From Azolla caroliniana (lineage: Eukaryota; Plantae; Polypodiophyta): a DNA stretch of 64,000 nt. The stretch covers positions 11,656,001-11,720,000 of the forward strand of contig JBHGNT010000005.1 in assembly GCA_043228905.1 (NCBI GenBank). The letters are read 5' to 3'. Shown piece by piece: positions 1 through 12,300 of the stretch (position 1 is its first letter; each line of letters starts with the position of its first letter). The position numbers and the translations under genes were made by a program. The notes below the pieces were generated by a model. That model saw nothing but the letters and a program-made list of their open reading frames with translations, had not been told where the DNA came from and searched no databases.

Positions 1-265
1 CCGTTCGGGCAGGCGCTCTCCAACTTGTATTCATAAAATTAGAACCTGAAATTCCACAACCATTACAGCTTCTAGTCCGAATGCTAGCCGGAATGGAGTC
101 AATTGGATACTAGTCTTCAAACTAGTATGGTACGCCCATAGGGCGCTATGCAGTTTAGTGTCCCAATCCGTACGGTTTTCGTTGACGATTTTCTTCAAGA
201 TGTTCTAAACCGTTTTTTTTGTCAATTCCACGAGTTCATTTGCCTGTGGATAATACGTTGAAACT
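1..265 (-). mobile_element. Ty3/Gypsy integrase fragment, same family as 38510-39034
   Basis: Minus strand reads YYPQANELVELT..NILKKIVNENRTDWDTKLHSALWAY..TPFRLAFGLEAVM, near-identical to the ORF at 38510-39034. It joins the methyltransferase pseudogene at about 265. Confidence 0.85.
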
Positions 266-269
266 TTTC

Positions 270-3200
270 AATATTAGCGAGGTTCTTTGCACCGACCTCC
301 TTGTCCTGGTCTGGGCACTCCCACAAAGCCTTAATACTCATGTTTATAAATATAACCTGCTCCTCGTCCTTCTCCAATGCAACTGTGTTTCTAAAGAGCT
401 TCAATGCACATGCGTACGTCGTTCCTGTGAAGAAAGTAACAAGAAGAATTAGTTCTTAAACAAAAAAGATTCAGTATTGGTTATCTCAAGATCGTTACCC
501 TAGTTCGAGGAATACTTGTGCTAGAAAAGAGGTCTAATATCCAGTCTCCTTTGACAGAAAACATCTCGATCAAGCACATCATAAGTCGTTGAGGTTTTTG
601 GTATGGGTTGACAAGTTCCTATTCTATCGTGGTGACATGTCACAATTTCCGTGTCACTATTGGATATAACAGCAGATTTGAACCTCCCACTTCATTAGAA
701 TGCTCCTTGATTCTTTGATTCTTAATTTCATTAAAGTAGCCAACCGTGATGTATTCAATGGCATTAACGAACCGAAAGGTTGGCCCTCTATTTACATTGG
801 TTTTTATCCTATAACAAATATTACAACGAGTTAAGAATAGATTGAACAATCTTAAGAAAGGCAATATAGTGAATGAGACATATAAATAATCCTTACCATG
901 CAAGGTTCTCGATGCCATGGCAACGAGATCTCAAAGCTTGAGCTACCGAGTACCCTTGGTCCAGACTATGAAAGACAACTATTCTCCACAAGGATGCAGT
1001 CGTTAGCTTGGCAAAATCCTTGACCATCTTCTCCAACTGTCTGAACCTAAACGGTTCATCGTCGTATGATGACCCTACCATTCGAAATCCGTAAGGAATA
1101 TCTGCAATCATTAGCGTATATTCCTTCTTTGGAACTTTTTGGATCATGTCAACGACATCGCCGCAACCACATTGTAGTAAAGATCTCTCATAATATATTT
1201 TTTGTGGCTAAATTTTTTGAAGGAGCCATCTTCCTCCATTTTGTACCCTTGACTAAGGGAAGATCCTTTTCTTTTCTGGCTCTCTTGAGATGTGCAAGGA
1301 AGGATGTCGGGAAATCGTGTATATCCTTAACTTCTCCTTGTTTCTTGCCACGACACGGTTTCTAATAGAAGCAATAGGACATCAAGTTTTATTATACAAG
1401 CTCTGCATATAATGAAAGCTTAATGAAAAACCACCAATACTAACCCAATCCTTGAATGCAATAAAATACTCCGATAACGCCTTATATGAAGACGTTAGAG
1501 GATAATCCTCGGTCACTTGTTCCCAAGTTATACATCCAAGTTGTTTCATCATAACTTCTTGGATCTTCATGTACACCTTATGACTGTGAAATTAGAAAAT
1601 GAGATTAGAACTTTCAATTGCACCATATTGACTTCAATATCACTATTTGAAAGACTTACTTATTGAACTCAGTGACCATTTGTTCAAGGCTTAAATCTTT
1701 CGCCACAACCCTTCACAAAACAGACACAAGAAGTTGCTCGTCCTTAATACCTTGCATCACTCTCCACAGAGACAGCTTCATGTCGTCCGCTGCTTCTCTA
1801 ATTGTCAAATCAATTTTCTTGGCCGCTTGTGACTTTAATTCTAATTGAGGGTCTACCTTACATTTCTTTTGTCGTTGACCGTTGACTTCCTTATTCTCCC
1901 ACATTGAGAAGATTTGATCTTGTAGGTCCCATACTTCTCCATCTCTAAAGGCCAGTTGAAACCAAGACTCATATTTTCGAAGACCATCGGACTTAACATT
2001 ATCATCTACCACAATGCTGACTTCATGCAAGCATTGACGTCGTAGGCTTGGATGTAGCTTCACACCAAACTTTTGTTGGACGTCCAAATACTCGTGGTGG
2101 AAAAACCTTATACGCTCAATTGATGACATTTTCTGCCTATAGTCATTATCATTATTATGGTCCCATGCCAACAGCTTTGCCTCTTCAATTGTGAGACCCA
2201 CGTAAATTTTGCACTTGGCATACTTGAAGAAGAAAGTCGTTGGATGTTCTTTGACAAGTTGCCGACGTGCCTCCGCCGAATGCGATCCACCAATGACAAA
2301 GTAATTATATTGATCATGCTTTCTTATATCGAAATCTCCAATGGTTTCACATTCTTCAGGATCCACCATAACAATAAAAGGCACAACGGTAGCATGTGGA
2401 TTAATTTTCATTTTTTTCTTGAGATTTTGAACATGCATTAGGTGTGGCTCTCTAATCTCAAGTGGTCTTCGTCATGTTTTTTCATCAATAGGGGGCCGAT
2501 GGATTTGTGTTATAGGCAAATTAAACACTTGCCCTTTCCTAACCAGTTTACGCTGCATTAACTCTCTCCATATCTTATTCTACTCGGATGACAACACACC
2601 CGATGCAAGCTCAGCTCCTGGCATCCCCTTAGTGTCCTCATCTTCGTTTGAGCTTGATGAGTCGGTGTTCGACATTTTAGTCGTCTTGTTTTTTGCTGGC
2701 CTTGACTGTACTTTAGATGCCCTTTTCGGGGCCTTTACTAGGGAGGGCAATGGCTCCCTTAAGAGTTACATGGCCTTGTATATAAGGCCTCAAGGTAACA
2801 ATAAGGTTTTGTGAGCTTTCTAGATCTTTTTTATATGCTTCTAGCCCACAAGATTCCTTTACTAGAAGATCTTTTAAAAAAGGAACACTTTACGTAACCC
2901 CTTAGAGCACTCTATCATTACAAGTATGTCGGCCGAATCTGAATCTTCGTAGTCAAATCGTAGAATACAACCATACATAAATGCGGTTTCATTTTCAAGC
3001 TTCCCCTCACCCTTCTTCTTTGTTGTATACAACATGACTTTTTTCTTGGAGTCGACGTATTGCATACAACATTCCTTATCCGTTAGATCACGGTCAGGAA
3101 GGTCTTCACCACCAGTAGCTGCTAATAGTTTCTTTTGGCTGACCTCATTAGGGGGTTGAGATTTTGTCTCCTCGTTAAAGAGAAGCTTTTTTCCTCTCTT

Positions 3201-3300
3201 CATGTTCTCGGGAGCTATTAGGGTCTGGCTTTCAATTGGAGAGCACTGTATCCGGAGCTTTATCTTCTTCACAGGTCGGTTTGACAAGTTCTCAAATGAC
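270..3300 (-). pseudogene. Multi-exon ParB/Srx-like domain fused to beta-class N6-adenine/N4-cytosine DNA methyltransferase (N6_N4_Mtase-like), with stops and frameshifts
   Basis: ParB-like part at about 2530-2130: VFNLPITQIHRPP..REPHLMHVQNLKKKM..PFIVMV..YFVIGGSHSAEARRQL..CKIY. MTase part: DVVDMIQKVPKKEYTLMIADIPYG (motif IV), NPYQKPQRLMMCLIEMFSVKGDWILDLFSST-R-TTYACALKLFRNTVALEKD (motifs X, I, II). Four GT-AG introns (1659-1584, 1444-1362, 896-809, 515-425) all splice in frame. 5' end uncertain. Confidence 0.8.
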
Positions 3301-3826
3301 CTATTTAAGAAACGACATGCGAAAACATAAGTTAGGGGGTCACGTAGATTAAGGTTGTTTATTAAAATACACATAATTAAATGAAGACAAAAACTAGCAG
3401 GCGATTTGTGGTAAACTATAAATATCAATCACGCATTGAGTGAACATGGTAGTCCTTTATTTAGAAATCCATTCTACTCAGGGCTATTCAATTTAGAAAA
3501 AATATATATATCTTAATAGGTATACAAGGATATATATTATCTTGAAGGGTAGGTATGGCTTATATTGATTCCATATCCATATTCTAGAGAATTTGCATAT
3601 GATAGACTTGAATTTGGTATCATAAAGGTAATTTGTGGGTTATTTTCTACTATTTTAAGTTATACTAAGTCATAAAACCTCTATAATTAAGGCCCCTATT
3701 TGTTACAAAATATGGCAAATCTCCATAAAAAAGGTCTGATTTTGACCGAAAGTTTTATATCTTTTTGCACAATACTAAATTGTTGCCCCAAAGACACAAT
3801 ATTCCTCTTTAAATTGTGTGTTTTAT

Positions 3827-4164
3827 ACAAGAACTTGATACGCCGTATCGTGTTGCTGTATATAGTTCATGTTTATACATGAACTCGATGCAGGGTATCG
3901 AGTTCATGTATCAAACACATACTTTACACAGGACTTCGATACGGCTTATTGAGTTCTTGTACAAAACTTAAACTTTAAAGAGGAACTCGATACGGCGTAT
4001 CAAGTTCCTGTATAAAACAAGAACTTTATACATGAACTCGATACGCCGTATCAAGTTCCTATATAAAACACAAACATAATACCGGAGCTCCATACGCCGT
4101 ATCGAGTTCCTGTTTAAAGTTTGTGTTTTATGCAGGAACTCGATATGGCGTATCGAGTTCCTGT
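3827..4164. repeat. Array of seven 33-bp imperfect palindromes with 51-bp period
   Basis: Consensus ACAGGAACTCGATACG(C/G)CGTATCGAGTTCCTGT starting at 3827, 3877, 3928, 3979, 4030, 4081, 4132, separated by mutually homologous 17-18-bp AT-rich spacers in mixed orientation. Confidence 0.9.
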
Positions 4165-4361
4165 TTAAAACGCATACTCTATACAGGAAAACACAAACTG
4201 TGTACAGGAAACGGCTGATGTGCAAATTTCTAGTATTACTAGTTTCAAATTTCTGAGGGCCTAAAAATTTCACTCTTGATTCCTTTTCTCTCTTTATTTT
4301 GTGCTCAGTTAGGGTTTGTGATACAATCTCTAGGTGGTTTTGTCTGCTTCATTTGCTCACC

Positions 4362-4402
4362 ATGGCCAAGGATGGGCCGGTATCGGGTATAGAGCTTGGT
4401 AC
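4362..4402 (+). pseudogene. HSP70: HSP70 pseudogene, N-terminal piece upstream of the Copia insertion
   Basis: ATG at 4362 gives MAKDGPVSGIELGT, matching the GPAIGIDLGT start of cytosolic HSP70. It continues in frame after the duplicated GGTAC at 29508-29512. Confidence 0.85.
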
Positions 4403-4577
4403 TGAGGAAAATAGTAAGCAAAAATAAAATAAAATATATTAATATGTAGTTCTTATGAAATCGGTTTCCTTCATGAGAAGGAAACCGTAAGTCTATTGGT
4501 GGTGGTCTTATAAAGCCACCACCAACGTTGTATTCATTCTAGGGCATTATAATAATAAAACGCTTTCTTTATTTCCC

Positions 4578-4611
<34 letters not shown>

Positions 4612-4645
4612 TTCTTTCTATCTCTCTTTCTCTTCTTTCCCAACA
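4403..4645 (+). repeat. Copia-1 5' LTR
   Basis: TGAGGAAAAT..TTCCCAACA followed by a tRNA-iMet-type PBS. Matches 23982-24160 plus 29466-29507. Confidence 0.92.
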
Positions 4646-4830
4646 TGGTATCAGAATAGCCTTATAGACTATGCCTTTCTAAAAAATACAAAACATGTGC
4701 CATTACCATAATTTAACTTTCATGCCCATACAAAAAAATTAATAATTATATTCATAGTGTTCAACATCGTCAAATAACGAACGACAAATTTGTGTTTGCC
4801 GTGCGTTGATCCAGACATCCCTCTACAATA

Positions 4831-7800
4831 ATGGCGCAATCTATGTCATCGTCGCAACTCAACATGCGAAAATTCACGATCGAGAAATTATTAGACACAA
4901 ATTATTGAATTTGGAAGGCAAGATTAGAATTAATTTTTAAATATAATAAAGTATGGGACATAATTTCAGGATCGTCGACAAAACCTGAAAAAGGCGAAGA
5001 ACTTGAAGAATATGAAGAAAAAGACTTGTGTGCAAGAATGGAAATTCTAATGCACGTAAGTGATGGCACCGGAGAAACATTACGAAAAATGGAGACGGCT
5101 CATGAAATGTGGAAGCACTTACAAACTATCTACGAGCCGAAAAACGATGCCCAACAAGCGCATACACTTTAGGCGCTTGTTAATTACAAAATGAATGACG
5201 AACAACTGGTTGGTGAATTTCTATTAATATGGCAAAAGAAATTAGATGATGTGGTAACTTCAGATTAGAAATCCATGATAAATTACAAAAGATTCTCCTT
5301 CTTGGTGTTCTTCCTCACTCGTGGTCCACTTTTAGAACCACCCAAAACTCTATAAATTGCCCAATGCTAATTGATCTTGCAAACATTAGACAGGAGGAAA
5401 CAATGCGTTCACAAAGGTCTTCAAATTCAACTCCAAGTGTGGCAATGGTAGCATACAAGAACAAAAGGTTCACCCAAAGAGGAGAAAGCTCAAATCCATG
5501 GATAAAGAAAGATCAAAACACAAAACAAGGAGGAATGTGGTTCAACAATACCTACTGTAAAATATGCAAACGTACAAATCATGCAACTAAAGATTGTCGC
5601 GCAAAGTCAAACTTCAAGAGTTATCAACCATGGAAGTGTGTACAAGCCCATCTTGTTGAAGAAGAGATGGATGATGAAAATTCATAGGAGATGGATATCA
5701 AATGGCGACAAGTATGACAACGTCCTTCAAGCATTCATTGTTGAACCACTTTCCACGACGATTCCAAACCCAAGTAATGTAAATGACATATGGTATCTCG
5801 ACACTGGTGCTACTAACCACTTAACTAATAGAAAAGATTGGTTATGTAACTATAAGGATGTTGAACCTCCTATCATTGTAAGATTTGGAAATAATGGGAC
5901 TAAACAAGCTATTGGCAAGGGTGATATTACGTTTGAAGTCACAGGAGGAAGACATTTCACAATCAATGAAGTTCTCTATGTCTCGGGCATCACCAAACAC
6001 TTGCTATCGGTTAGTCAAGCAACGACAAATGGTACTATCATTGAATTTCATCCTAACCATGCTATTATTAAACATAAAGCCTCAAATGGAGAACTTATTA
6101 GAACATGTTGTAAACGAGAAGGAGGCTTATATCCCATAAAATGTATTCCTACATCTCTTATTTTAGAAGCACATCATACTACTCCAATACAATCCTCCAT
6201 ATCTTTAACCAATCTTCATTCTCCTTCTTCTCTTTGGCACTTTTGTCTAGGTCATATGCATTTCAATGCTCTAAAAACACTACAATGTAATAATCTAGTC
6301 CATGGTTTGCCAAAAGAACCTTTCAAGCCCATCTCTTTGTGTGAAAATTGTATCCTTGGGAAAATGCCCCAACAACCATTCCCAAAGCATAGATCTAGAG
6401 CCACTACCCCTCTTGCATTAGTACATAGTGATCTATGTGGACCTTTCCCAACTCCTTCTCTTAGTGGAGCCAAATATTTCATCAGCTTTATAGATGACTT
6501 TAGTCGATTTATAATCTTGCATTTTCTCAAGTACAAAAGTCAAGCTTATCAAGCATTCAAAGAATACAAGGCTCGAGTCGAAGTGCAAACATCATCAAAG
6601 ATTAAAAGTCTTCAAACCGATGGTGGTGGTGAGTATATGTCTCATGAATTTCAAAGTTTATATCAAAATGAAGGCATACATCATAGCATATCAACACCAC
6701 ACACACCACAACAAAATGGTGTATCCGAAAGGAAGAATAGATCACTTCTCAATATTGCTCGAAGTATGTTACAATTTTCTCACTTATCACCTCAATTTTG
6801 AGAGGAAGCGTTTGGCACTGCTTGCTATATTCAAAATCGAGGATTTCATAGATCCTTGGGGCTCCAAACCCCTTATGAACTATGGCATGGTCACAAACCT
6901 AACTTAAGTAACCTTCATATTTTTGGTTGTGATGCTTATGCTTTTGTGCCAAATGTTCAAAGAAATAAGCTAAATCCAAGGGCTACAAAATCAACTTTCA
7001 TCGGATATGGAGAAGCTTCGGGATACAAGGCGTACAAGCTCTACGATCCACAAAAATGAAGAATATTCTTTAGTCGTAATGTGATATTCCAAGAAAATGG
7101 GCCTTCTACAAAGGTTTCTTCTTCACTCTCTTCTAATCTACCTCCCTTATTACCTACCCCCACCCACTTACAACCATCTTCCTCAACCATCTCTAATATT
7201 AATAGCTCTCATATTGAAGGAGCCAACATTAGCTCATCCTCTACTTCCACTATTTGTGTTGCTCTTCCATCTATTCACAAGGCAAAGATCAATCCTACTC
7301 AACCAACTAATTCTTCTTCTCATCTTCCCTCATTCCAAGCTCTAGATGATTCTCTTCCTCATACTCCTTTAAATACAGATTGTTTAACTCCCTCAAATAA
7401 TATAAATAATGTTATCTTCTCCACTCTGTCTCCTAATCCTTCATTCCAAGCGTCATCACCAACTTCTCCACCAAACTCTCCACCTCCAAAGTATAGATCT
7501 CTAAGTAGTATTTATGAACAACTCGATCAAATGGAAGCACATTTCGTGGACTTGGACCATGAAGCTTATATACAAGAAGAAGATATTCCAACCCTTAGTG
7601 ATGACACAAATCTATCGGCCAAAGATGCACTTTCCGGATCGGATTCTATCAAATGGAGAAAAGCTATGGAAGAAGAAATGAAGGCTTTACTTAAAAATGG
7701 TATGTGGACCCTCGTTGAGCCTCCAAAAGATCGACAAATAATTGGTTCTAAATGGATCTTACGCATAAAGTGAGATAGTAATGGCAATCCAATTCGCTTC

Positions 7801-8892
7801 AAGGCTCGTGTAGTTGCTCAAGGATTTTCGCAAGTACCAGGTATTGATTTTCAAGATACATTTATTCCAACGCTAAAAATATGTGGTTTTCGAATGCTCG
7901 TTGCTCTTGTTGCACAACATGATCTAGAATTCCATCATTTGGATGTTCAAACGACTTTTCTTCATGGAGATTTAGATGAAGAACTCTTTATCTACAACAA
8001 CCACAACTTTTTGAAGATCCAAGTCATCCTACACATGTTTGTCGACTTCGTAAATCTATTTACGGCCTTAAGCAATCTCCACGGATATGGTATCACAAAC
8101 TACACTCTTTTCTTATAAAAATTGGATATCATCGTCTAAACAATGAGCCAAATATCTATGTTAGAAAAGCCCAATCCAAATTTGTTATCATAGGTGTCTA
8201 TGTTGATGATTTGCCTCTAATCTCTAACTCTAAATCTTATCTAGCTATTGCAAAGAAGGAACTTGCATATGTTTTTCCTATTACCGATTTAGGCCCTATG
8301 ACCCATTTTCTAGGCATCAAAATAACTCAAAATAGAACAAATCATACTATCTCATTATCACAATCAAATTATATTAATTCTATCCTCCGAAGATTTGATA
8401 TGCTCCATAGTAAGCCTATTAATACTCCTCTTACCTCTCCATGTAAACTATTAAATGATGATTCTCCCAAAAATGAATGAGAAATTTCCGAAATGAAGGA
8501 TGTACCCTATAAGCAAATCCTTGGGTGTATAAGATATCTAGTAAGTTGCACAGGTCCCGATATTTGCTTTGCCGCCGGTTTTCTTTCTCGTTTCATGGCT
8601 AATCCAGGACCAAAGCATTGGATCGTGCTCAAAAGATTACTACGATACTTGAAGCATACTCAACATTATGCGTTGACTTACTCCACCACACAATCCGAGT
8701 CAACCACACTTGTGCAAGGATGGGCAAATCCCTCTAGCCAACTAATTGGTTGGTCGGACTCGGACTAGGGGGGAAATGTAGACGATCGCAAGTCAACAGG
8801 TGGATATGTTTACACACTAGCTAGCGGTGCAATTTTGTGGAAGTCAAAGAAACAAACTACCGTAGCATTGTCATCCACCGAAGCTGAATATG
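4831..8892 (+). pseudogene. Copia-1 gag-pol (gag, zinc knuckle, protease, integrase, RT, start of RNase H); remainder at 23614-23960
   Basis: CKICKRTNHATKDC, WYLDTGATNH, VHSDLCGP, TPQQNGVSERKNR, HHLDVQTTFLHG, YVDD, GWSDSD. STEAEY|VAAA is interrupted by the chromovirus. Many stops and frameshifts. Confidence 0.92.
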
Positions 8893-8995
8893 TGTCAGGA
8901 ACAGTACTAAGATAGAGAAGGAATTAGTACTAAAAGAAGTATTAGTACTAAGAGAGGTGAAGAACACTCGAGAGAAGGAAAGAGTGAGTGAGAGG

Positions 8996-9047
<52 letters not shown>

Positions 9048-9339
9048 TGATAAGAAAAGATATATATTATGTGAAGAAAATGTACAGTAGCTAGGAGTCT
9101 TAAGACTGGCGTTGAACCGATTTGGTTCGAAATAATGCCTTGTGCCTCCTTTTATAGTGTTCTACGGAATACTCCAGAAGTTTCTAGAATGTTCTAGAGA
9201 AATCTGGAATATACATCAATTTTCTATAATAAAACATAATGAAAATAATATTCTACGTATTACAATGTATAGTCTAATGGTCAAGAGCTCGACCCATGTA
9301 GCATAAGGTCATGGGTTCGAGTCTTGCCATATCATGACA
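8893..9339 (-). repeat. Chromovirus 3' LTR
   Basis: TGTCAGG..CATGACA direct repeat of 23177-23608, with about ten substitutions by eye plus a (GA)n length difference. Confidence 0.95.
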
Positions 9340-12300
9340 CTATCCCCCCTTTAAAACGACGAGTGTAACGAGTCGTTTTGGATTGAGGACCCGGTTTGTC
9401 TGGATATTGACGATGGAAGTCTTCAAGAAGAGCACGAGCATTGGTGACATTCTCTATCGGTTCCCAAGTATGCTCGCTGGGACTATATCCTAGCCAATCG
9501 ACTAGATAGTAGAGCTTGTTGCAAACAAGCTTGGAATCAAGGATGGCGGCAACCTCGTACTTAGGTCCATCTTCAAGCTCGATTGGGGGTGGAGGCTGTG
9601 TAATACGTCCTGGGATGGTGCTCTCTTGATAGGGTTCAAGGAGAGAACTATGAAACACCGGATGTATCCGAAGTTGTGGAGGTAGATCAAGATGAAAAGT
9701 GACATCATTAATCTTTCCTATAATACGGAAGGGACCTAATCGCCAATAATCCAACTTCTCGCATGGGCGAGTAGTATTGATGTGTCGTCGGAGTAGTCAT
9801 ACCCGATCTCCAATGTTAAAACTAGATGGGAGTCGATGACGATCCGCATAAACCTTGTGTGTTTCTTGAGCTTGTTGGAGATGAGTAGATAAATCCGCTT
9901 GTATCTTGCGTAACCTCTCCAAACGATCCTCTGCGCATGGATTTGTGGACACCTCTAGGGTTTCAAGTACACACCACTGGGGGTGACATCCCGTATAAGC
10001 ATAAAATGGCGTAACTTTAGTGGATGCGTGGATAGAGTTGTTATAGGCAAATTTGGCAAAGTGGAGAATATCTGCCTAGTTATCCTGATGATAGCTGAGA
10101 AAGCATCGCAGATACTGCTCCAGCGTTTGATTGGTTCGTTCGGCTTGGCCGTCGGTTTGTGGGTGGTAGCAGAAGGAGAGGTTACAAGTGACCTTGAGCA
10201 TGTTAAAAAGGTGCTTCCAGAATTTTGACACGAACTGGGGTCCACGGTCGTTGATGATACTATCGGGAAGTCCATGATGTCGACATACTTCACGCATGAC
10301 AATTTCAGCAGTGTCTTCAGTGGAGATCTCCTTAGTACATGGCAAGAAATGAGCCATCTTCGTATATCGATCGAACACCGTTAGAATCGCATTGAACCCC
10401 TTAGAGACTGGAAGATCTGTGATGAAGTCTAGAGCAATGGATTGCCACGGCTTGCTTGGAATTGGTAATGGTTCTAATAAACCATATGGATGATGCCTTG
10501 GCATTTTCACTCTGCAGCATGTATCACAAGTCCAAACAAAATCCTCGACAAATTGTTGCATACAGGGCCACCAGAATTATCGTTGTACTAAATGTAGCGT
10601 TTTAGTACTACCAAAATGCCCAGCTGTATATGTGTCATGACAATTTTGTACTACTTGAAGGCGGTAAGAACCATTAGGAACATACAAAAGTTCTTTAAAG
10701 AAGAGTAATCCATCATGGTATTTGAATTGCTGATAGTCCATACTTGGTGGTTGCGACTGTAAACACGACGCTCGAGAGGGATCAATTTGTGCTAGTATAG
10801 CTTGGGCGAACGCATTTGTCTTCAAGTCTTCATGTATGGTATCGATAACGGGGGAATCCATGGGCATGTCAAAGATCTGTGTTGCTTGTAGTCGTGCCGG
10901 TCCCAAGATGACTTGTTTTTGGTTATCGAAAGCTGGCTCACCGGGACGGGGTGCTGGATACGAACGTCGTGATAATGCATCTACCTTCCCTTGGTGCTTC
11001 CCCGGACGATAAGTAATTTTGAAGTCGAAACGCGTGAGGAAGTGGGCCCACCGAGCTTGACGTCGATTCAACACACGAGCATCCTGAAAGTAGGCTAGGT
11101 TCTTGTGGTCACTAAATATGGTGACCGGATGGAAGGATCCCTCCAGAAAATGCCTCCATTGCATAAAAGAATCCACTATTGCCAATAGCTCCTTATCATG
11201 AATTTCGTAGTTGATTTTGGCGGCGTCAAACTTGCGTGAGTGAAAAGCCACAGGATGTAGCTTCTCATCATTCCCCTGTTGTGACAGAATGCTCCCCAAT
11301 GCAAAATCCGATGCGTCAGCTTCGATAATGAATGGTTTTTCCGGATCGACATGAGCTAGAATTGGAGCTGATGTAAATGCCTTTTTAAGACTCTCAAAAG
11401 CCATGTCCGTTTCTTCAAACCAGATGAACGGTTGTCCCTTCCTGGTAAGTTGTGTGAGAGGTAGAACGATCTTTGAGTAATCTTGTATGAACTTCTGGTA
11501 AAAATTGGTAAAGCCTAGGAAGCATTGCACATCCCGCACCGAACACGGAGTCTGCCATTCTACCACCGTTTTGACCTTAGCTGGGTCCATGGAGATGCCT
11601 CCTGACGAAATGATGTAGCCGAGAAAATCCACTTGATTGCACCCGAAACTACATTTTTCCAGCTTTGCATACAGACCATGTTCTCGAAGTCGTTTTAGTA
11701 CTAATAGTACATGAGAATCATGTTCTTCTTGGGTCTTTGAATAAACCAATAGATCATCCAAATAGATGATCAAACAATCATCCAATAGATCTCGGAATAT
11801 ATCATTAGTCATGTGCTGGAAGATTGTCGGTGCATTAGTGAGGCCGAACGGCATGACCGTATACTCAAAGTGCCCATATCTAGTGTGAAATGCGGTCTTC
11901 GATTCGTTTCCTGGTCGGATCCGTACGAGGTTATATGCTCCCCGTAAGTCGATCTTCGTGAAGAACCTGGCACCATTGATCCGTTCTAAAAGACTTGAGA
12001 TAAGGGGAAGAGCATACCTATTCCTGATTGTAACCTTATTCAGGCCACGGTAATCTACAACGAGACGAAGCGATCCATCATTTTTCTTGACAAAGAAAAT
12101 GGGCGTGCCGGCTGGAGATTTCGAATGCCGAATGAAGCCATTTTCCAAATTCTCCTCTATGTAGGCCCAAAGGACTTCCAGCTCGGTTGGTGACAAATTG
12201 TAGATCGGTCCCCATGGCGGCTCTTTTCCCGGTTGTAAATCGATGGGGCAATCGTACGGTCGATGATGAGGAAGTGTATTGGCTTGTACATTATCGAACA

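Noticed and set aside
270-3300. Bacterial or phage contamination explaining the ParB-MTase
   Set aside because: Four in-frame spliceosomal introns and direct contiguity with plant retroelements show it is resident eukaryotic DNA.
3827-4164. CRISPR array (palindromic repeats with regular spacers)
   Set aside because: Spacers are only 17-18 bp and homologous to each other, repeats are degenerate, no cas genes are present, and the context is eukaryotic.
9263-9339. Functional tRNA gene
   Set aside because: The acceptor stem does not pair and the anticodon arm is irregular. Kept only as a tRNA-like module.
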